DNA of 29,788 bases from Macrostomum lignano (Eukaryota). Within the stretch, counting starts at the first letter, position 1, and each line of letters begins with the position of its first letter. This document shows, piece after piece, positions 21,752 through 29,788 of this stretch. Position numbers and translations under genes: made by a program. The stretch is from the NCBI GenBank assembly GCA_002269645.1, contig NIVC01001633.1, positions 1-29,788 on the forward strand, in the 5' to 3' direction. The notes beneath the pieces were generated by a model that was given only the letters and a program-made list of their open reading frames with translations, was not told the origin of the DNA and did not search any database.

Positions 21752-23893
21752 AGCACTTAATTTTGGTAAGCAAATTCATTTAGATAAAGTTATGTTAATT
21801 CAAGTTTATGTTGATATAATTAAACACAGTCCACAGATTCATTGTCAAATAAATTCCAACTTGTTTCAACCCCCCCCCCGCCCCCTATTAGAATTGGAAT
21901 TTATCAGCACAATCTTGAATAGGTCTCTATGCCTCTATTCAAGTTTATGTTGATAAAATCAATCCCCATGAAGAATCTCCCCACCCTAAAACCCTCCCAT
22001 TCCCTATGCCCCGGTGGTTGGTTTAAGCTACATATAATTGGGTTAAAGCTACCTAAAAATGGAGCTCAAATTTGAAATCAGCACCATCAAAAACCTCTAT
22101 AGAGACAAAATTATGATCCTATCCAAATTGAAACTATTTTATCAAAAACTTAAAGAAGTCCGCCAGACTACGCGACTAGCAGCACCAGTGTAGCCGCACT
22201 AGAAACCCCCCCGCCTTTGTCTTGCTGAGGTGGGGTGGGTGCGCGCCAAGCTAGCTGGCTTGCTAAGCTAGGGGGGTTGGCATAGCCAATCACACCATGC
22301 CACCAGTTTTGCACCTCCCTTGGCTTGGCCCCTCAATCTGGCATTGTTTGTAAATATATAAATACATGTGCAAAGCAGCACAAACTCTTTGCTGCCATTC
22401 CATCTATTGAAACTAAAAGGCCTTCCGCCTCATTGGTGAGCCTGACTCCCAGCGCGGAACGCTGAGCCTACCTGGTTGGCCTTATGCAGTCCTGGCAGCC
22501 AACCACCTTGGCTGACTGCAACGGCAGCACCGCAGCCCAGCAGCACAGCAGCCCAGCAGTCATAGCAGTACCCCACAGCAACAATCGGCCCAGTCAGCCT
22601 ACCCCCCAGCTAGCTCTTGGGGTCTCGCCTTTTGGCCCCCGCATTAGACCAACCATTGCCACACGCTGCAGCAAATTTTAGGTTAGCACCGCTGCTGCTA
22701 GCCTAATGTCCCCAGCCTCTGTGCAGATGCAGAACCTTCAACCTGGCTCATGGCGGCAACTAACTGTCAATTGCTTTGGGTGTGGTCCAGCTGTGCGCCC
22801 TTGCTCATTTTTTTCAACATGCATTTTAATTCTTCAATTTTTATTAAGGTATATACTCAGCATGATCCTGACTATGGGCTATACTTAGCAATAAGTTACA
22901 AGTTTCTATCCCAAGACTAATGGTCAACTTTCCTTAGATCTTAGCCCCAAACAACCTAAGTCATATTAGCTCTCAAGATTTAATCACATACCAACCTCAA
23001 ACCCATAGAATATCTTATATATAAACTGATATTAGTATATTGTTATTAATGATATTAAAAATGAATTCATTAAATTAATTCATGAATTGATTTAAGCAAT
23101 TGTTCAAACTGATATCCTAGCTTCAAGCATCCTAATAGCATGTCATTGCTTAGCATTTGTCATTTGGCAGACCATTGCAAATTCATAAGAACTAAAAAAA
23201 CTAAGAATAGCAGCCCTCATCTAACAATTGCATCATCCACAGTTGATATGAAAAATGCTGACATAGTGTGAATTGCATCACTTAAGGCTAAGATCTGAGA
23301 AAATTTGACCATTGGCTTTGGAGTAGAAAATTTAACATGTTACTAAGTTTATATTGACTAGTAGTTATGCAGAATATGAATGTATATTATTATATCTTTT
23401 CTTTTACATTGATATTCTATATATATTTGTTTAAGTAAATATCAAATCTAGATTTTTATAGATAACTCATTCTTTAAGTGTCTAGTATTTTATAAAAGTA
23501 GTTCAATACATGTATAAATTGCACTTAATGCAAGTTTAAAAATAGGACAAATAGACAAAATATTCAGAATCAAATCAAATATTCAGAAAAAAAGTTAAGA
23601 GTAAAATTTTGACTTTTTTGACTTATAAATGAAGAGAAAGAATTAGGGATAATTTTGCTCTAAAGAAAGGCAGATAGATAAGAGGTCTAACAGTTGAGCA
23701 CCCAGTTTTAAGATTTGAGTAGGCTTTAGTAGGAGTGGAGGACTTAAATGTTTTAGTTTGAAGAGTTAAGAATGTTAGAGGTTGTGGGCTTGTGGCTCAT
23801 AAAGGTTTCTTGTGTCATAATCTCGCCATGGCAGGCTAAAATTCAAGATATGATAAATAGCCATACAGCCTGTGCGTACCCCTCCCACCTCAG

Positions 23894-24256
23894 CTTGGCC
23901 CCATTGTGACCATCGCCGAGAACAATGAGCGGCTTTTGTCTCACTCTGACCGGCTGACCTTCTATGTACACCTTGGCGATGCCTGTCACAGGACTGGCGA
24001 GCATCAGAAAGCGCTGCGCTATCTGGGCCAAGCTCTGCAACTTCGTCGGTGCACTTCTAGACTGCGCGGCCTGCCAACCGAAGCGGATATCCGGTGGCGA
24101 TCCTACCTGTGCTATGCTGCTCAGCGGCTTCATGCTGAGGCCTGCAGGGAGCTGGCCTGCGTCCCAGAGAAAGCCAGGACGCCTGCAATGCATCTGGCGC
24201 TTGGACAGAGCTATCTGAGATCTGGCGAGGAGAAACTTGCACAGACTGCTTTCAAG
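23894..24256 (+). CDS. ANAPC7: Anaphase-promoting complex subunit 7, first recognisable exon
   Basis: TIAENNERLLSHSDRLTFYVHLGDA, LPTEADIRWRSYLCY and VPEKARTPAMHLALGQSY parallel the APC7 N-terminus as I recall it (TMSNNN.., LPSEIEVKYKMAECY, RQRTPKINMML). Donor AAG|GTGATT at 24257. The 5' boundary and start codon are unresolved. Confidence 0.75.
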
Positions 24257-24299
24257 GTGATTTAAGATGGCATCGGTTATACATTTTTTTAATTAAGAG

Positions 24300-24435
24300 A
24301 GGTTGAAGATTCGAACACGGAATGTCTTTTTGAAGATTCGAACTCGGGATCTCACTTAAAAGATTCGAACTCGGGATGTCTTTTTGAAGATTCGAACTCA
24401 GGATCTCACTTTGAAGATTCAAACTCGTGATCTCT
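24300..24435. repeat. ~27-bp tandem repeat (gaagattcgaactcgggat...), 5 copies, ANAPC7 intron 1
   Basis: Alternating variants read directly from the sequence. Confidence 0.8.
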
Positions 24436-24542
24436 TCAAAATAAATAAAACTCGGATGATCTCAGAAACTCAAAGTTACACTTTTTAAAATGTCATTAAA
24501 AAATTCAAGCCTGAAATCTCTTTCCAAATTCGAAACCCGCAG

Positions 24543-24992
24543 TGCTGCGTGAAAGCTACAGGCGGCCTGTCAATGGAAGCGATCAAAGGCCTCCTGGCCT
24601 GTCGAACTCCCCTATCCGAAGTGCTGCAGCTGCTGGCCAACTGTGGATGCCTCACCCAGCGAGCCGCCAGCGCCACTGGGCCTCTTGAGCAGCTGCTTGC
24701 TCGCTACTTTGACGCCTCCGTCCAAGCGGCCGGTCGAGCATTCCGACCAGCCATCGAAGCTCTGGTAGCTCTGGACGGCAACGATCTCATGACTGGCGAC
24801 TCCAATCTCTTGGCTACCCTTGGCGAGGCGTTCTATCAATGCGGTGACTACACTGAGGCTGAACGGATTCTGACTCGATTGCACAGTCTGGATAGCAACT
24901 GGCTGAGGCATATTGACTCTCTGGCTGAACTGCTGCACAGGCATGCTAATAAGACTAGGCAGTTGGAGTGTCTGGCTGCCAGTCTCATGCAG
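24543..24992 (+). CDS. ANAPC7: ANAPC7 exon 2 (TPR repeats)
   Basis: Acceptor cgcAG at 24542 and donor CAG|GTGAGA at 24993, both phase 0. LSMEAIKGLL, DSNLLATLGEAFYQCGD and LHSLDSNWLRHIDSLAELL match APC7. Confidence 0.85.
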
Positions 24993-24993
24993 G

Positions 24994-25002
24994 TGAGAGA
25001 GG

Positions 25003-25076
<74 letters not shown>

Positions 25077-25083
25077 GATAGAG
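24994..25083. repeat. (GA)n microsatellite at the start of ANAPC7 intron 2
   Basis: Direct (GA)n run that begins within the splice donor GTGAGAG. Confidence 0.95.
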
Positions 25084-25995
25084 AATCTCAGCAATTACCC
25101 CCCATACTTGACATTTCAGCTATTCCACCGTAAGCTTGACATCCCAGCAATTTCCCTCAAGACTTGGCATCTCAGCAATTCTCCCCAAGCCTTGACATCT
25201 CAGCAATTCCCCCCAAGACTTGACATCTCAGCAATTCCCCCCAAGCCTTGACATCTCAGCAATTCCCCCCAAGCCTTGACATCTCAGCAATTCCCCCTAA
25301 GACTTGACATCTCAGCAATTCCCCCCAAGACTTGACATCTCAGCAATCCACCCAAGACTTGACATCTCAGCAATTCCCCCAAGACTTGACATCTCAGCAA
25401 TTCCCCCCAAGACTTGACATCTCAGCAATCCACCCAAGACTTGACATCTCAGCAATCCACCCAAGACTTGACATCTCAGCAATTCCCCCAAGACTTGACA
25501 TCTCAGCAATTCCCCCCAAGACTTGACATCTCAGCAATTCCCCCAAGACTTGACATCTCAGCAATTCCCCCCAAGACTTGACATCTCAGCAATTCCCCCA
25601 AGACTTGACATCTCAGCAATTCCCCCAAGACTTGACATCTCAGCAATTCCCCCAAGACTTGACATCTCAGCAATTCCCCCAAGACTTGACATCTCAGCAA
25701 TTCACCCAAGCCTTGACATCTCAGCAATTCCCCCCAAGCCTTGACATCTCAGCAATTCCCCCTAAGACTTGACATCTCAGCAATTCCCCCCAAGACTTGA
25801 CATCTCAGCAATTCCCCCCAAGACTTGACATCTCAGCAATTCCCCCCAAGACTTGACATCTCAGCAATTCCCCCCAAGACTTGACATCTCAGCAATTCCC
25901 CCCAAGACTTGACATCTCAGCAATTCCCCCCCCCAAGACTTGACATCTCAGCAATTCCCCCCCAAGACTTGACATCTCAGCAATCCCCCAAGCCT
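25084..25995. repeat. 24-26-bp minisatellite (CCCCAAGACTTGACATCTCAGCAATT), ANAPC7 intron 2
   Basis: Direct periodicity; unit length varies with the C-run. Confidence 0.95.
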
Positions 25996-26113
25996 GTACA
26001 GTGTATTGTTATGCATATTCTAACGTGTTAAGACCTCTATCGGACTAAGACTTCAAAGCTTTCGATTTTCAATCGCCGATATGTAGCATAAATAGTTTTA
26101 ATATATCTTTCAG

Positions 26114-26426
26114 GTGTCTGAGCACAGGCCTGAGCCTTACGTAGTCTATGGCTACCTGAACCACAGCAACAAACGGTCCAGCAAGGCAATGTTCTTCGCC
26201 CAGAAAGCCCTGACCATCAGCCCGAACTCCGTGCACGCCCTCATCGTGTGCGGTTATGTAAGCATTAGAAATGGCAAAGAGCGCGATGCTCTGTCCTACT
26301 TCACCGAGGCCAGGAAGCTGGCGCCTAACAGCTTTGAAGTGCAGCACGGTATTGTGTGGACTTATATTAATCGGCACAAGTATAGGAATGCTATTGCTAA
26401 AGCTGAACTGCTGGTTAAACAGCTGG
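26114..26426 (+). CDS. ANAPC7: ANAPC7 exon 3 (TPR repeats)
   Basis: Acceptor tttcAG at 26113 and donor G|GTGAGT at 26427 (phase 1). VSEHRPEPYVVYG..AQKALTISPNSVHALIVCG..FTEARKLAP matches APC7. Confidence 0.9.
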
Positions 26427-26450
26427 GTGAGTGTTTATTCAATCATAGTT

Positions 26451-27620
26451 GAGAATCGCCACTCAATCAACCATCATCAAGAATCGCCACTGAATCAATC
26501 ATCATCAAGAATCGCCACTGAATCAATCATCATCAAGAATCGCCACTCAATCAATCATCATCAAGAATCGCCACTCAATCAACCATCATCAAGAATCGCC
26601 ACTCAATCAACCATCATCAAGAATCGCCACTCAATCAACCACCATCAAGAATCGCCACTCAATCAATCATCATCAAGAATCGCCACTCAATCAATCATCA
26701 TCAAGAATCGCCACTCAATCAATCATCATCAATAATCGCCACTCAATCAACCATCATCAAGAATCGCCACTCAATCAACCATCATCAAGAATCGCCACTC
26801 AATCAACCACCATCAAGAATCGCCACTCAATCAATCATCATCAAGAATCGCCACTCAATCAATCATCATCAAGAATCGCCACTCAATCAACCATCATCAA
26901 GAATCGCCACTCAATCAACCATCATCAAGAATCGCCACTCAATCAACCACCATTAAGAATCGCCACTCAATCAATCATCATCAAGAATCGCCACTCAATC
27001 AATCATCATCAAGAATCGCCACTCAATCAACCATCATCAAGAATCGCCACTCAATCAACCACCATCAAGAATCGCCACTCAATCAATCATCATCAAGAAT
27101 CGCCACTCAATCAATCATCATCAAGAATCGCCACTCAATCAACCATCATCAAGAATCGCCACTCAACCAACCATCATCAAGAATCGCCACTCAATCAACC
27201 ATCATCAAGAATCGCCACTCAACCAACCATCATCAAGAATCGCCACTCAACCAACCATCATCAAGAATCGCCACTCAATCAATCATCATCAAGAATCGCC
27301 ACTCAATCAATCATCATCAAGAATCGCCACTCAATCAACCATCATCAAGAATCGCCACTCAATCAATCATCATCAAGAATCGCCACTCAATCAATCATCA
27401 TCAAGAATCGCCACTCAATCAACCATCATCAAGAATCGCCACTCAATCAATCATCATCAAGAATCGCCACTCAAGTGACTCAACCAACCATCATCAAGAA
27501 TCGCCACTCAATCAACCATCATCAAGAATCGCCACTCAATCAACCATCATCAAGAATCGCCACTCAATCAACCATCATCAAGAATCGCCACTCAATCAAC
27601 CATCATCAAGAATCGCCATT
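26451..27620. repeat. 28-bp minisatellite (AAGAATCGCCACTCAATCAA(C/T)CATCATC), ~41 copies, ANAPC7 intron 3
   Basis: Direct periodicity; the copies are highly homogeneous. Confidence 0.95.
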
Positions 27621-27688
27621 CAAGGAAAGTTTAACCTAAAATTACTTACAGTAGGTAAGAAAAACTTAACATCCAAAATGATTGCCAG

Positions 27689-27894
27689 GCCGAAACCCTC
27701 GAACTCTGGGCATCTACGGCCTCGCCACATCCTACGAGAACAAGGACAAAGCCATCGAGATCCTCGCCGACGCCTTCGCCATGTTCAACGGTCGCGGCTG
27801 CCTGCCTGAGTGCATCTCTGTGCTGGCTGAGTTGTACATGGAGAAGAAGCGCTACCCAGAAGCCAAGGCTCTGCTCGTGCAGAAGATTGAGCAG
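27689..27894 (+). CDS. ANAPC7: ANAPC7 exon 4
   Basis: Acceptor gccAG at 27688 (phase 1 is consistent, giving G-RNPRTL) and donor CAG|GTAAGT at 27895. TPR-like LAELYMEKKRYPEAKALL. Confidence 0.85.
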
Positions 27895-27911
27895 GTAAGT
27901 AGATATCCTAT

Positions 27912-28815
27912 CTCCCCATCACAGTGAAGATAAACCAGCATCCATATCCTCCCCATCACAGGATAATCCAGCATCCATCCTCCCCATCACAGGATAATCC
28001 AGCATCCATATCCTCCCCATCACAGGATAATCCTGCATCCATCCTCCGCATCACAGGATAATCCTGCATCCATATCCTCCCCATCACAGGATAATCCAGC
28101 ATCCATCCTCCGCATCACAGGATAATCCAGCATCCATATCCTCCCCATCACAGGATAATCCAGCATCCATATCCTCCCCATCACAGGATAATCCTGCATC
28201 CATCCTCCCCATCACAGGATAATCCAGCATCCATATCCTCCGCATCACAGGATAATCCAGCATCCATCCTCCGCATCACAGGATAATCCAGCATCCATCC
28301 TCCCCATCACAGGATAATCCAGCATCCATATCCTCCCCATCACAGGATAATCCAGCATCCATCCTCCCCATCACAGGATAATCCAGCATCCATCCTCCGC
28401 ATCACAGGATAATCCAGCATCCATCCTCCGCATCACAGGATAATCCAGCATCCATCCTCCGCATCACAGGATAATCCAGCATCCATCCTCCCCATCACAG
28501 GATAATCCAGCATCTATCCTCCGCATCACAGGATAATCCAGCATCCATCCTCCGCATCACAGGATAATCCAGCATCCATCCTCCCCATCACAGGATAATC
28601 CAGCATCCATATCCTCCCCATCACAGGATAATCCAGCATCCATCCTCCGCATCACAGGATAATCCAGCATCCATCCTCCCCATCACAGGATAATCCAGCA
28701 TCCATCCTCCCCATCACAGAATAATCAGCGTCCATCCACCCAATCACAGGATAATCCTGCATCCATCCTACCCATCACAGGATAATCCAGAATTTATCCT
28801 CCCCATTACCGGACA
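27912..28815. repeat. 31/33-bp minisatellite (ATCACAGGATAATCCAGCATCCA(TA)TCCTCC(C/G)C), ANAPC7 intron 4
   Basis: Period 31 seen directly (ggataat at 27961 and 27992), with a 2-nt insertion variant. Confidence 0.95.
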
Positions 28816-28952
28816 ATCCGACCGTTAGTAACCGCAGTTAGTATTCTAAATGATCTCCCAATCAAAGTTGAGGCCCTCCAGAATCTTCCTAGCAACTGTA
28901 CTCCAGCGCTTAAGTATCCCAATTATCCCAAATGTGGGTGTACCTGTCGCAG

Positions 28953-29186
28953 GAGCCAGCCGGTGAGACCACAGCGGAGCTGCACCGCCTGCTTGGCGAC
29001 TGTCACTCCCGATGCGGCCAGCAGCAGGAGGCCCTGGTGCACTACGAGATCGCAATCAGATTGGACAGCAAAAATCGTAAAGCTCACGAAGGCGCGGTTG
29101 CTATGCGATCCGTGCTCAATTTGGACTCGCGAACGGCCGGAACTCATCAGCATCATATGGATCACTCGGATGAGTTCTCTGATTGA
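28953..29186 (+). CDS. ANAPC7: ANAPC7 last exon
   Basis: Acceptor gtcgcAG at 28952, phase 0. ELHRLLGDC..EALVHYEIAIRLDSKNRKAHEG matches the APC7 C-terminal TPR as recalled (LHRILGDF..EAMDQYSIALSLDP..KSLEG). Stop TGA at 29184-29186. Confidence 0.9.
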   Translation, partial: EPAGETTAELHRLLGDCHSRCGQQQEALVHYEIAIRLDSKNRKAHEGAVAMRSVLNLDSRTAGTHQHHMDHSDEFSD

Positions 29187-29354
29187 GTTGGAATTCTTAA
29201 ATTTAATTTAATCATTGCTGCATTTTTAATTTCCATTTTTGTGCAAGTTTCTTGAACTTCTAAGGGCTTTTATTATTTGCAAATTTTTATTGGCTTGTTC
29301 TTAATCAATACGGCAATTTATCAGTTCATCGGAGAAGTTATTGCGTTTATGTGG

Positions 29355-29611
29355 TATTTACTCAAAAAATTAGTCAAAGTCCCAAATTCACGATCTAGCC
29401 CCATCATGAATATTTTCTCTGGCTACAACTACTGACAGTAGTGTAAAAGCATATCTGCCCTATTACAGTAGTATTTACTCAAAAAATTAGTCGAAGTCCC
29501 AAATTCACGATCTAGCCCCATCATGAATATTTTCTCTGGCTACAACTACTGACAGTAGTGTAAAAGCATATCTGCCCTATATCAGTAGTATATTTACTCA
29601 AAAAATTAGTC
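29355..29611. repeat. ~117-bp direct tandem duplication (2 copies plus a partial third)
   Basis: tatttactcaaaaaattagtc at 29355, 29472 and 29591; the first two units are near-identical. Confidence 0.9.
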
Positions 29612-29788
29612 GCCCGCCAGCTGCAACGAATAAAGTGAAACACGGCCAAAATTATGAGCAGTCAAGCAAAAAAATAGGCGATAAAACTTTCTAAATGACC
29701 TGACAGTGATTTGGTTCTGTGTATAATAATCATGGCGTGATTAAATTAAATTACTTATTCGTTAGTATTTACATACAACAGTCCCTGT

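Noticed and set aside
24993-25133. ERERER C-terminal tail on the 194-aa ORF
   Set aside because: This is read-through into intron 2 (GA)n after a good GTGAG donor; homology resumes in frame at 26114.
25312-26735. Repeat-derived ORFs (TSQQFPQDL, LRCQVLGEL, NRHSINHHQ)
   Set aside because: They are translations of intronic minisatellites.

Overview
This is a eukaryotic (metazoan) window with spliceosomal GT-AG introns. A free-living flatworm such as Macrostomum is my guess from gene style only and is not established. Two divergently oriented host genes flank a ~14 kb transposon graveyard. On the minus strand is a neuron navigator / unc-53-like gene (SxIP-type motifs, coiled coil, AAA ATPase; ~4511-8593). 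On the plus strand is a five-exon ANAPC7 (APC7, TPR subunit; ~23894-29186), and all four of its introns carry tandem repeats. The intergenic block holds a young DD34D mariner with unusually long (~197 bp) TIRs and a frameshift near its C-terminus. It also holds an older mariner relic, a LINE RT relic and three non-autonomous inverted-repeat elements. The strongest signal is directional C>T/G>A hypermutation of the old elements: only ~4 CpG by eye in 9900-15000, and 18 in-frame stops (14 TAG) in 256 unshifted codons of the mariner relic. There are also apparent CG>TA double hits and CpA>TpA changes. This resembles fungal RIP or CpG+CpA(CAG) methylation-driven decay in an animal genome. Most long ORFs in the supplied track outside these genes are artefacts of tandem repeats or antisense GC-rich coding sequence. 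All counts were made by eye.
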